A DNA stretch of 64,000 nucleotides from an uncultured Halobacteriales archaeon. GTDB lineage: Archaea > Thermoplasmatota > E2 > JACPAO01 > JAHFTW01. Position 1 is the stretch's first letter; every line of letters starts with the position of its first letter. The stretch covers positions 2,238 to 66,237 of the forward strand of contig CAZXUC010000018.1 of assembly GCA_964643795.1 (NCBI GenBank), written 5' to 3'. A model generated the notes under the pieces. That model worked only from the letters and a program-made list of their open reading frames with translations, did not search any database and was not told where the DNA came from. Below, one piece after another: positions 20,024 to 29,006 of the stretch. Made by a program: the position numbers and the translations under genes.

Positions 20024-21015
20024 AATGGCACCCCGCGATACACTCGGCTGCGCCGTTGGAATCGCGCCAGATCAACGCGCTTCTTGACGACCGCCCGCAT
20101 CTCCTCCTGCATGGCATGGATCTCCCGGTTGGCGTCGATGCGTTGGAAAGCGAACTCTTCCGCCATGTCGCGATAGTGCTGCATGATGCGACCCTGGAAG
20201 ATCTTGAACGACTCCCGGATGTCCGTATGGAGTTCAAGGTCCATGCCTGCCTCGTGGAACTTGAGGTTGGGTCGGCCGCTGAGGATGCGATGCAGGCTGA
20301 CCTCGAGCGGGACGTCGTAGTAGAACGTCAAGTCGGGGACGCGGGCAAAACTGTACAGGCGACGTAGCCACTCGGGGTCGCAGCCGCGTACGCGGTCGCG
20401 CGCGAAGGCCGTGAACATGTAGCGGTCACACAAGACGATGGTGCCCGATTGCAGGCGCGGCAGGATCTGGCGTTCATATCGGTCCGCAAAATCCGTGGCG
20501 TGGATGAGGCTGAACGTCGTCGGCGTGAGAAGTTGGTCCTTCTTGCCGCGCTTGGTTGCCCCGCGCACGAGGCTCGAACTGTTCCATTCGCTGAAGAAGA
20601 CCTTGCAGCCAAGGCCGATGAGCCACTCGTGCAGGAGCCGGATCTGCGTCGATTTCCCGGAGCCGTCGACGCCTTCGACTGCGATGAGTATCCCCGGCGC
20701 GTTGTCGCCCTGCTCGGCGACGAACTCTGAGGCGGGCGCTTGGGCCGGCGTCAAGGGAGTGGCGGGTGTTGGTAGTGTGGTCGTGGGTGTTGGTAGTGGG
20801 GTGGTTGGTGTCGATGTGGAGGTTTGTGTTGATCCGGGGGTTGGCGTTGATGCGGTGGCTGCTCCCGGGCCTGACGCACCAACTGGTTGTGCCGGGGTCG
20901 CCTTGTGAAGTGGTGGTCTTCCCGCAAGCGCCTTGGGCCTGGTCGTCGCCATCGGCGTCTTGATTGCGGCCTTCATCGGTTTCACGGGCGGCTTCTTGCG
21001 GGGCTTGCTGCTCAA
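20020..21015 (-). CDS. Thymidylate-kinase-like protein with intact P-loop (putative PPK3 catalytic subunit) and K/P/T-rich N-terminal extension
   Basis: VEGVDGSGKST, EWNSS, LCDRY, EAGMD; TTG overlaps the ppx stop and follows AAGGAGGAG. Confidence 0.82.
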   Translation of the reverse strand: MSSKPRKKPPVKPMKAAIKTPMATTRPKALAGRPPLHKATPAQPVGASGPGAATASTPTPGSTQTSTSTPTTPLPTPTTTLPTPATPLTPAQAPASEFVAEQGDNAPGILIAVEGVDGSGKSTQIRLLHEWLIGLGCKVFFSEWNSSSLVRGATKRGKKDQLLTPTTFSLIHATDFADRYERQILPRLQSGTIVLCDRYMFTAFARDRVRGCDPEWLRRLYSFARVPDLTFYYDVPLEVSLHRILSGRPNLKFHEAGMDLELHTDIRESFKIFQGRIMQHYRDMAEEFAFQRIDANREIHAMQEEMRAVVKKRVDLARFQRRSRVYRGVPL

Positions 21016-22571
21016 GTCGACTCCTCCTTCTGTGTCTCGAGTTCCAGCCCGTAGACTGTCGTGAAGAGTCCGCCTTTTTGTTGCACGGCCCATTGCTCCA
21101 GTTCCATGTCGCCCTCGCCCGTGAGGCGGAGGCGGAGCAATTTCGGTTCGCGCAGGCACTTGACTTTGCGCACGGCTTGGCAATGCTCCCGGTCGAGGGC
21201 GTCTGCGACGCGAAGGATGCCGGACAGTCGCATCACGCGGGCTTGGTCGGCGAGGCTGAGCGCAGCGTACGGCGCATGGCTCGGCTTGGGCTCACTGCGC
21301 CGGTGGTACCGTGCGACCTGCGCCACGAGTTCCACTTCCGGTTCCGAGAAGCCCGGCAGCTCCGATTCCGAGATGAGGTAGTAGGAGTGCTTGTGGTGTT
21401 TCTTGTCGCCCACGAATCGCCCGACGTCGTGCAGGATGGCGGCGGCGTGCAGGATGGCTCGGTCAGCGGTGCCCAGGTTGTGCAGGGTGGCCAACTGGTC
21501 GAACATGGACAGGGCAAGCCGGGCCACATGAAGACCATGCGCCTGCTCAAGGTCGAACCTGCGTCCGAGGGCGAGCGCCCCGTCTTGGACTTTGGACGCG
21601 TATTTTCCAGCGCGACCGGGAGTAGCCCCTGTCGCTTCAACGAGTTGCTCGACGAGGTCGTACACGATGCCTTCCTTTAGTCCAACGTGGGGGACGTGGA
21701 TGCGGTCGACTCCTGCCAGGTGCGCGACGTGTTCGTACACATACGCAGCGGGGAGGATGACGTCGGCGCGGTCGGGGCGGAGGCCGAGTTCCTTGACGCG
21801 CTCCTTTGCGTCGAGCTTGGCGAGCCGGTCGATGGTCTTGCTGAGGTCCTTGAGCGGCATCTCGCTGACCTTCGTGTCCGGGTCGCGGAGGCCGGCGAGG
21901 CGAGCCAACTCTTCGATGTTGCCTCCCGTCGCGGCGAGGCCGGCAATCTTGCGAGACCTGCGGTTGCCGGGCAGGCGCAGCGTCTCGACGGTCTCTTGGA
22001 TGAGGCGACGGAACCGTTCGGGTTCGCCCTCCATCGCGCGGAATTCTTCGAGCAGGCGGACGGTGCCCATCGGATGCGATTCGCTCCACACGAGTCCGTC
22101 GCCGTCCACGAGGCTCACCTCGACGGAGCCGCCGCCCAGATCCATGGTGATCCAGGACCCGTCCATTTTGATGCGGCGGCGCACCGCCGCGTACACGAGC
22201 CTGGCCTCTTCGGCGCCGCTTACGACGTCGACGCGAAGGCCCGTCTCCTTCAGGATGCGTTCGAGGAAGCGACTTCGGTTGGACGCCTCACGCACGGCGC
22301 TCGTTGCGACAGCGCGCGTCTGGTAAACCTTCAAGTCTTTGAGTTGGCTCTGGAAGCCCTTCAGCGCGGCGACTGCGGCGTCCATCGTCTCCCCGTCGAT
22401 GGAGCCTTCGCGGAAGACGGACGTCCCCAGCCGCACGGTGGCGCGTTCCTCGAGCAGGTCCCGCAAGTCGCCGGCCGGAGTTGCCTCGGCGACCATGCAA
22501 CGGATGGCGTTCGATCCAATGTCGATGGCGGCGAGGCGGACGGGCCATGTTGCGCTGGTCTCTGTGGTCAC
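21012..22571 (-). CDS. ppx: Exopolyphosphatase Ppx/GppA with HD domain
   Basis: IDIGSN, ATSAVREA, SGAEEA, DLGGGSVE, RADVI, LHDVG...HHKHSYY. Confidence 0.95.
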   Translation of the reverse strand: MTTETSATWPVRLAAIDIGSNAIRCMVAEATPAGDLRDLLEERATVRLGTSVFREGSIDGETMDAAVAALKGFQSQLKDLKVYQTRAVATSAVREASNRSRFLERILKETGLRVDVVSGAEEARLVYAAVRRRIKMDGSWITMDLGGGSVEVSLVDGDGLVWSESHPMGTVRLLEEFRAMEGEPERFRRLIQETVETLRLPGNRRSRKIAGLAATGGNIEELARLAGLRDPDTKVSEMPLKDLSKTIDRLAKLDAKERVKELGLRPDRADVILPAAYVYEHVAHLAGVDRIHVPHVGLKEGIVYDLVEQLVEATGATPGRAGKYASKVQDGALALGRRFDLEQAHGLHVARLALSMFDQLATLHNLGTADRAILHAAAILHDVGRFVGDKKHHKHSYYLISESELPGFSEPEVELVAQVARYHRRSEPKPSHAPYAALSLADQARVMRLSGILRVADALDREHCQAVRKVKCLREPKLLRLRLTGEGDMELEQWAVQQKGGLFTTVYGLELETQKEEST

Positions 22572-22612
22572 GGCGGCCGCACTCCTCGAGGGCAGACCGG
22601 ATTTCCACTTTC

Positions 22613-22740
22613 CCTATAGAGACTACGGCTCGTTGCACGTGTTGGCCGCCCCAGTTTGGGCGCATGCTTTGCGCGGTGGACTGTTGGGCATTCCCCTGCG
22701 GCGTGAGTCCAACGTGAGTCAATTGTGACTCTATAGGCAA
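22613..22740. promoter_or_regulatory. Divergent ppx/pstS control region with two G(A/T)CTCTATAGG boxes
   Basis: gtctctatagg on - strand (22613-22623); gagtcaattgtgactctataggcaa on + strand (22716-22740). Confidence 0.55.
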
Positions 22741-22797
22741 TGCTGAAGCGTCGCAAATTTGCCTGCAAGGTCAGCCCACATGGGTGAGGAAACAACC

Positions 22798-23787
22798 ATG
22801 ACAATGAAGCTCCCTCTGTTCGCGGTGGCCGCCATGACCACCATGCTACTGTCCGGCTGCACCAGCATGACCGGCAGTTCGACCTGCACGCCCTTCGAAG
22901 GCGCGGCCGTCACTATTGACATCGACGGCAGCTCCACCGTGTACCCCGTCTCCGAGGCCTGGGCCGAGGAATACTCCCGCTGCGCCGGCATCGAGGCCAA
23001 CGTCGCCTTCTCCGGCACCGGCGGAGGCTTCCAGCAGTTCTGCCGCGGCGAGATCGACGTCTCTGGCGCCAGCCGCCCCATCAAGACGGGCACCGGCTCC
23101 GAGACTGAGAACTGCCAGAAGGCCGGCATCACCCCCTTCGAGATCCCGGTCGCCATCGACGGGCTCGCCGTCGTCGTGAGCAAGCAGAACACCTTCGTCA
23201 CCGACCTCAAGGTGTCCGAGCTCAACCGCATGTGGACCGCCGACCCCGCCAAGCAGGTCAACAACTGGAAGGACCTGCGTTCCGAGTGGCCCGACCAGGA
23301 CATCAAGCTCTTCGGTCCCGACACCAACTCCGGCACCTTCGACTACTTCGTGGAGGTCATCGTCCACCCCTTCGACGGCAGCATCACCAAGGGCCGCAGC
23401 GACTACACGGGTGCGCCGGACGACCACGTCCTGGTCGCCGGCGTCGCCGGCACCGCCCGCGGCATGGCCTACTTCGGTCTCGCCTACGCGATAGAAGCGG
23501 CGGACAAGCTGCGCATCGTTCCCGTCATCCAGGACACCAAGGACGGCGGCAAGACCTTCATCTCCGGAGCCCAGCCCGTCATGCCCACGGCCAGCAACGT
23601 CGAGAACGGCGTCTACGCCCCCCTCTCCCGCCCGCTGTTCATGTACACGGACGGCGCTCCCACGGGCCAACTCAAGGCCTGGTTCCAGTACGGCCTTTCC
23701 CCCGAGGGCCAAGCGATCGTCTCCGAGGTCGGCTACATCAAGCTGAACGAGGCCAAGCGCACCGCGGCGCTCGCCAAGCTCGGCTAA
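22798..23787 (+). CDS. pstS: Phosphate ABC transporter substrate-binding lipoprotein
   Basis: LSGC lipobox, DGSSTVYP, SGTGGGF, SGTFDYF, YAPLSRPLF. Confidence 0.96.
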   Translation: MTMKLPLFAVAAMTTMLLSGCTSMTGSSTCTPFEGAAVTIDIDGSSTVYPVSEAWAEEYSRCAGIEANVAFSGTGGGFQQFCRGEIDVSGASRPIKTGTGSETENCQKAGITPFEIPVAIDGLAVVVSKQNTFVTDLKVSELNRMWTADPAKQVNNWKDLRSEWPDQDIKLFGPDTNSGTFDYFVEVIVHPFDGSITKGRSDYTGAPDDHVLVAGVAGTARGMAYFGLAYAIEAADKLRIVPVIQDTKDGGKTFISGAQPVMPTASNVENGVYAPLSRPLFMYTDGAPTGQLKAWFQYGLSPEGQAIVSEVGYIKLNEAKRTAALAKLG

Positions 23788-23864
23788 GGCTCCCGGCATC
23801 CCGCCCCTCTTCCCCTTTCCTCCCTGGCACTCCTTGGGCCCCCAAACCGCTTTCATGTTCTCTA

Positions 23865-23890
23865 GAGTCAACATTAGACTCTATAGACAA
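23865..23890 (+). promoter_or_regulatory. Third copy of the candidate PHO box, upstream of pstC
   Basis: gagtcaacattagactctatagacaa. Confidence 0.55.
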
Positions 23891-23926
23891 CTGTCATGCC
23901 GCGACGCGGCCCCTCGACCGATGCCC

Positions 23927-24889
23927 ATGGCCCCCGAATCCCTTCCCGCAGCCGCCCCTGTGCTGCACCGCGAGGGCTGGGGCTGGCACGTCTGGAAGGA
24001 ACGCGGCATCATCGCCATCATGTTTGCGGCGGCCAGTGTCGCCACCCTGGCCACGGCGGCCATCTTCCTCACCCTGATAATCAACGGCTGGGAGTTCTTC
24101 CAAGCCGTGAGCCTCAAGGAGTTCTTCACCGGCACCGACTGGGCGCCCGACTTCCCACCGCCGCGCTTCGGCAGCGTCCCGTTAGTCAAGGGCACGTTCC
24201 AGATCGCCCTCGGCGCCATCGCCATTGGCCTGCCCCTCGGCGTGGGATCGGCCTTGTTCATTTCGGAGTTCGCCGGCGCCCGCGTCCGCCGCATCCTCAA
24301 GCCCGCCATCGAGATTCTCGCTGGTATCCCCTCCATCATCTTCGGCCTCGTCGCCCTCTTCATTCTCTCCCCCCTCATCATCGACCTCTTCGGCCCCAGC
24401 AAGCTGTTCCCGGTCAGCGAGACGCCGGGCACCTTCACGGCCCTGGCCGCCATCTTGGCTTTGTCCATTATGGTCATCCCCATCATCGCCGCCATCAGTG
24501 AGGACGCCCTGCGCGCCGTCCCCATAGAACTGCGGGAAGCCAGCCTCGCCCTGGGCGCCACGAAGTGGGAAACGACGTGGAGCGTCGTGCTGCCTGCCGC
24601 CAAGTCCGGCATCACGGCCTCCGTCATCCTCGGCTTCAGCCGCGCCATCGGCGAAACCATGGTCGTCACGCTGGCCGCTGGCCTCGTCAGCAACATGAGC
24701 TGGAACCCCCTCGAGCCGACCCAGACCATCACCGCTTTCATCGCCAACCGCGCCGGCGGAGACCTTCCCACGGGCAGCATCGAGTACCTGGCCATCTTCG
24801 CCCTCGGCGCCTTGCTCTTCGTCATCACCTTCATCATCAACCTCGTCGCCGAGTACATCCTGGCTGCGCAGCGGAGGAAGTTCGCATGA
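23927..24889 (+). CDS. pstC: Phosphate ABC transporter permease PstC
   Basis: EILAGIPSII, REASLALGAT.W, RAIGETM. Confidence 0.95.
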   Translation: MAPESLPAAAPVLHREGWGWHVWKERGIIAIMFAAASVATLATAAIFLTLIINGWEFFQAVSLKEFFTGTDWAPDFPPPRFGSVPLVKGTFQIALGAIAIGLPLGVGSALFISEFAGARVRRILKPAIEILAGIPSIIFGLVALFILSPLIIDLFGPSKLFPVSETPGTFTALAAILALSIMVIPIIAAISEDALRAVPIELREASLALGATKWETTWSVVLPAAKSGITASVILGFSRAIGETMVVTLAAGLVSNMSWNPLEPTQTITAFIANRAGGDLPTGSIEYLAIFALGALLFVITFIINLVAEYILAAQRRKFA

Positions 24890-25758
24890 CCTCCACACTC
24901 GGCACCCTCTCCCTGCGGCGCCGCATCAAGTCCGCCATCGGCGTGGGCACCCTCGGCTTCGGCGCGTTCGGCGCGTTGGCGGTCCTTGCATGGCTTCTCG
25001 CCCTCATCGTCCAGAAGGGTGCCCCGTCCATCGACCTGCAGTTCCTGCAGGGATTCCCGTCCCGCAACGCGGCCGACGCTGGCGTCCTGCCCGCCGTCGT
25101 CGGCACGCTGCTCGTCGGCGCGGCCAGCATGCTGGTGGCAATCCCGGTGGGCATCGCCGCCGCCGTCTACCTCAACGAGTTCGCCCGCGCCACGCGCCTC
25201 ACGTCCTTCCTGCGCGCCAGCATCGCCAACCTTGCGGGCGTCCCCTCCGTGGTCTTCGGCATCCTCGGCCTGGCCCTTTTCGTCCGCGCCATGCAACTAG
25301 GCTCCAGCATCGTCTCCGCCGGCCTCACCCTGGGCCTCCTGACGCTTCCCATCGTGATCGTCGTGTCCGAGGAGGCCCTCAAGTCCGTGCCCGGCGCGAT
25401 GCGCGAGGCTGCCTACGGCCTGGGCGCGAGCCCTTGGCAGGCCGTGCGCCACCATGTCCTTCCCTACTCTCTGCCTGGCATGCTGACGGGCAGCATCCTC
25501 GCCCTCAGCCGCACGATGGGCGAGACCGCTCCGCTCATCCTCATCGGCGCTGTCGGCTTCACGGCAACGCTTCCGCAAGGCCCCAAGGACGCCTTCACGG
25601 TCCTGCCCATCCAGGCATACAGTTGGGCACCACGCCACCAGCCTGGCTTCGAGGCCATTGCGTGGGGCGCCGTCCTGATCCTCATCATCCTGGTGCTGGT
25701 GGCCAACCTCGCCGCCATCATCATGCGCGACCGCTTCCAACGCCGCTACCGGTGGTAA
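24886..25758 (+). CDS. pstA: Phosphate ABC transporter permease PstA
   Basis: [33 protein letters not shown] overlap. Confidence 0.95.
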   Translation: MTSTLGTLSLRRRIKSAIGVGTLGFGAFGALAVLAWLLALIVQKGAPSIDLQFLQGFPSRNAADAGVLPAVVGTLLVGAASMLVAIPVGIAAAVYLNEFARATRLTSFLRASIANLAGVPSVVFGILGLALFVRAMQLGSSIVSAGLTLGLLTLPIVIVVSEEALKSVPGAMREAAYGLGASPWQAVRHHVLPYSLPGMLTGSILALSRTMGETAPLILIGAVGFTATLPQGPKDAFTVLPIQAYSWAPRHQPGFEAIAWGAVLILIILVLVANLAAIIMRDRFQRRYRW

Positions 25759-25759
25759 C

Positions 25760-26611
25760 ATGGCCCAAACCCTTCAGACCCAAACCAAGATGAACCACGC
25801 CTCGGCTCGCTTGCTCGTGAAGACCGCCGGCCCGCTGCCCAAGGCGGCCCCCATCATCGATCCCATCTTCACGGCGCGCGGCCTCGGCGTCCATTACGGC
25901 ACCAAGCAGGCGCTTCGGGACATCACCATCGACATCCCACAAAAACAGGTCACGGCATTCATCGGGCCGTCCGGCTGCGGCAAGTCCACGTTCCTGCGCT
26001 GCCTCAACCGCATGAACGACCTGATTCCGACTGCCAAAGTGTCGGGCGACCTGCGCTTCCGGGGCCTCGACGTCCACTCTAAGGACGTGGACCCGGTCAT
26101 GCTACGGCGCAAGGTCGGCATGGTGTTCCAGAAGCCCAACCCGTTCCCGAAGTCAATCTTCGAGAACATCGCATACGGCCTGAAGCTAGAGGGCAACCTC
26201 TCCAAGGCCGACGTCAAGGACCGCGTCATGTGGGCGCTGGAGAAGGCGAACCTCAGGGCGGAAGTTGAAGACCGACTCAATCAGCCTGGCACTGCACTTT
26301 CGGGGGGTCAACAGCAGCGCCTGTGCATCGCCCGCGCCTTGGCGGTCAAACCCGACGTCATCCTCATGGACGAGCCTTGCTCAGCCCTGGACCCGATTGC
26401 CACCTCAAAAATTGAGGACCTGATTGACGAACTGGTGAAGGAGTACACGGTCGTCATCGTCACGCACAACATGCAGCAGGCGGCGCGCGTGTCGGATCGG
26501 ACGGCGTTCTTCTACCTCGGCGACCTCATCGAGTACGATTCGACGCAGCGCATTTTCGAGAAGCCATCCAACGAGAAGACCGAGGCTTATGTCACGGGGA
26601 GGTTCGGCTGA
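25760..26611 (+). CDS. pstB: Phosphate ABC transporter ATPase
   Basis: [35 protein letters not shown]. Confidence 0.97.
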   Translation: MAQTLQTQTKMNHASARLLVKTAGPLPKAAPIIDPIFTARGLGVHYGTKQALRDITIDIPQKQVTAFIGPSGCGKSTFLRCLNRMNDLIPTAKVSGDLRFRGLDVHSKDVDPVMLRRKVGMVFQKPNPFPKSIFENIAYGLKLEGNLSKADVKDRVMWALEKANLRAEVEDRLNQPGTALSGGQQQRLCIARALAVKPDVILMDEPCSALDPIATSKIEDLIDELVKEYTVVIVTHNMQQAARVSDRTAFFYLGDLIEYDSTQRIFEKPSNEKTEAYVTGRFG

Positions 26612-27264
26612 TGCGCGAGAGCTTCCTTTCGCAGCTTGAGGCCCTCGACCAACATGTCGCAGACATGGCGCACCTGGCCAAGTCGATGCTCGCCGATGGT
26701 CTGGACGCACTTGAGGCCGTGGACCCTCACCTGGCAGAAACTGTCGCCGAGCGTGCCGAGGAACTGGCGAAGATGGACGAAAGCATCGAGACGGAAGCCC
26801 TCTCCTTGTTGATGCTGCAGGCGCCCGTCGCAAGGGACCTGCGCCGAATCGGAGCCATCCTGAAGATCATCACGTACCTGAACCGCATTGGGCGCTATGG
26901 CTATGACATCGCCAAGGCCACGAAGGACCTTGCCAAGGTCCCTGCCCCCCAACGGTCCAGCATCGTGACCCTGCGCCAGATGTCCGGCGACGTTGAGAAG
27001 ATGGTTGACTTGGTCTTGGCGGCCTTCCGCGAGCGGAAGGGCCCGGATGTGCGGGCCATCATGGCACTCGAAGACGACGTGGATTCCCAGCGCTACACGG
27101 TTTGGCGTGCCTGCCTCAGTTTCATGGCAGAGGAGCCCAAGACCATCGAAGCTTGTGCCCACGTCATGATGGTGGCGCGGTACTTGGAACGCTGCGGCGA
27201 CAACGTCGTCAAGATGGCTGAGAAGCTGCACTACGCCGCAACTGGCGAGCGCATCATGCTGTAA
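26611..27264 (+). CDS. phoU: Phosphate signalling protein PhoU
   Basis: QAPVARDLR, ARYLERCGD; follows pstB. Confidence 0.93.
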   Translation: MRESFLSQLEALDQHVADMAHLAKSMLADGLDALEAVDPHLAETVAERAEELAKMDESIETEALSLLMLQAPVARDLRRIGAILKIITYLNRIGRYGYDIAKATKDLAKVPAPQRSSIVTLRQMSGDVEKMVDLVLAAFRERKGPDVRAIMALEDDVDSQRYTVWRACLSFMAEEPKTIEACAHVMMVARYLERCGDNVVKMAEKLHYAATGERIML

Positions 27265-27414
27265 CGGCCGGGACGGTGGGGCCGAGTAAGGCCTTGCCCC
27301 CGCCGTGCGGATGGCGACCCCGGCCGTCCGCCACATGGCCCCACAAGCCTCCATCGGCCTCCATCGGCAACGCTGCCCGTATGACGTTACGAGCCGCGGA
27401 TTTGTCCAAGTCAT

Positions 27415-27471
27415 GTTCAGCAATATGGCACCAGATTGAACATTATCGCAGTTTCCACAAAATTGCTGAAC
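27415..27471. promoter_or_regulatory. Inverted repeat upstream of the aminotransferase gene
   Basis: gttcagcaat (27415-24) / attgctgaac (27462-71), perfect 10-bp IR in an AT-rich stretch. Confidence 0.5.
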
Positions 27472-27532
27472 CAAGTTCTCGCATTGCTGCAAATGGCCGA
27501 ACCCTTTTATCGCGCGGTCGTTTGGCCAGTGC

Positions 27533-28765
27533 GTGGACTTCGGCCCGCTCTACAGCAACCGGACCCACCTCATGAAAGCGAGCGAAATCCGCGAGCTGCT
27601 GAAGCTTACGGAGAAGCCATCCATCATCAGCTTCGCCGGCGGTTTACCCAACCCGCAAACGTTCCCCGTCAAGGAGATTGAGGAAGCGACGAAACGCGTG
27701 CTGCGCGACCATTCCAAGCAGGCCCTGCAATACAGTACGACGGAAGGCGTCACCGTCCTACGCGAAGCCGTCGCTGAGCACCTCAAGAAGGAAGGCATGC
27801 AGGTCCACCCGGACGAGGTCATCATCACGAACGGCAGTCAACAAGGGCTCGACCTCCTAGGCCGCGTCTTCATCGACCGCGGCGACACCTTGGTGGTATC
27901 GAACCCAACGTACCTCGGCGCTTTGCAGTCGTTCAACTACTTCGGCGCCAAGTATGCGACGGCCGACTCGGACGACGACGGCCTCATCCCGGAAGCCCTC
28001 GACGAGACCCTACAGCGCCTCAAACGCCAAGGCATCCGACCGAAGTTCCTCTACCTCGTGCCCACGTTCGCAAACCCGACGGGCACCTGCATCCCCGCGA
28101 GTCGACGCAAGAGAATCCTGGAACTCGCGCACGAATACGACATCCTCGTCATTGAGGACGACCCGTACGGCAAGCTCCGCTTCGACGGTTCACCCATCCC
28201 GACGATGCATTCCATGGACAAGGGCGAAGGCCGCGTCCTCTACTTGGGCACATTCAGCAAGATCCTCGTCCCCGGCTTCCGACTCGCCTGGAGCATCGCG
28301 CCCCACGACGTGACGCGCAAGATGGTCATCTCCAAGCAATCCGTGGACCTCTGCACGAACGCCTTCACGCAATTCATCGCAGCCGACTTGCTGACAGGCG
28401 GCCTCATCGACCGCCACGTCCCCGAGATCATCAGCATGTACCGCAAGAAACGCGACCTCATGCTGAAGGGCATGACGAAGCACTTCCCCCAAGAAGGCAC
28501 ACACTGGACGCAGAGCCAGGGCGGCCTCTTCACGTGGGCAAAGATGGCGCCGCACGTCAACACCATCGAGATGCTCAAGGACGCCATCGCAAAGGACGTC
28601 GCCTACGTTCCAGGCAAATCGTTCTTCCCCGACCCGAAGGAGGGCTTCAACACGATGCGGCTCAACTTCAGCCACCCGACGGACGAGAAAATCCAAATCG
28701 GCGTCGAACGCCTCGGGGAAGTCATGTCGCGCTGGACGGCGAAGAAGACGGCCGTCGCTGCCTAG
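27533..28765 (+). CDS. PLP-dependent class I aminotransferase (LysN/aromatic type)
   Basis: SEIRELL, ISFAGGLP, NPTG, EDDPY, GTFSKILVPGFR, RLNFS. Confidence 0.92.
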   Translation: MDFGPLYSNRTHLMKASEIRELLKLTEKPSIISFAGGLPNPQTFPVKEIEEATKRVLRDHSKQALQYSTTEGVTVLREAVAEHLKKEGMQVHPDEVIITNGSQQGLDLLGRVFIDRGDTLVVSNPTYLGALQSFNYFGAKYATADSDDDGLIPEALDETLQRLKRQGIRPKFLYLVPTFANPTGTCIPASRRKRILELAHEYDILVIEDDPYGKLRFDGSPIPTMHSMDKGEGRVLYLGTFSKILVPGFRLAWSIAPHDVTRKMVISKQSVDLCTNAFTQFIAADLLTGGLIDRHVPEIISMYRKKRDLMLKGMTKHFPQEGTHWTQSQGGLFTWAKMAPHVNTIEMLKDAIAKDVAYVPGKSFFPDPKEGFNTMRLNFSHPTDEKIQIGVERLGEVMSRWTAKKTAVAA

Positions 28766-28788
28766 ATTTTACGCTGCACTGATGGCCG

Positions 28789-28980
28789 TAGTGTGGGAGG
28801 CCTGGGATTGCACAGAGATTCACAGAGCTTTGACCTCGACGCGCCGGGCACCATGCCGGTCACGCGGAGAACGCGGAAACCCGCGGAGTCCAGTTCCGCG
28901 CTGTTCCGCGCCCTCCGCGTGAAGGCCGAAGCTCGCCGACGACTCGATTCTGTGTAAATCCGTGCAATCCCAGGCCTCCA
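28789..28980. repeat. Nested 9-bp-periodic palindromic element between convergent genes
   Basis: Outer 18-bp perfect IR ggaggcctgggattgcac/gtgcaatcccaggcctcc; inner tcacgcggag...ctccgcgtga. Confidence 0.8.
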
Positions 28981-29006
28981 AACGCCCGGCCAACGACCTG
29001 AAACGG

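Noticed and set aside
19325..21015. Plain duplicated thymidylate kinases
   Set aside because: The ppx/pst context, the E(A/S)GMD motif and one degenerate P-loop fit PPK3-type subunits better.
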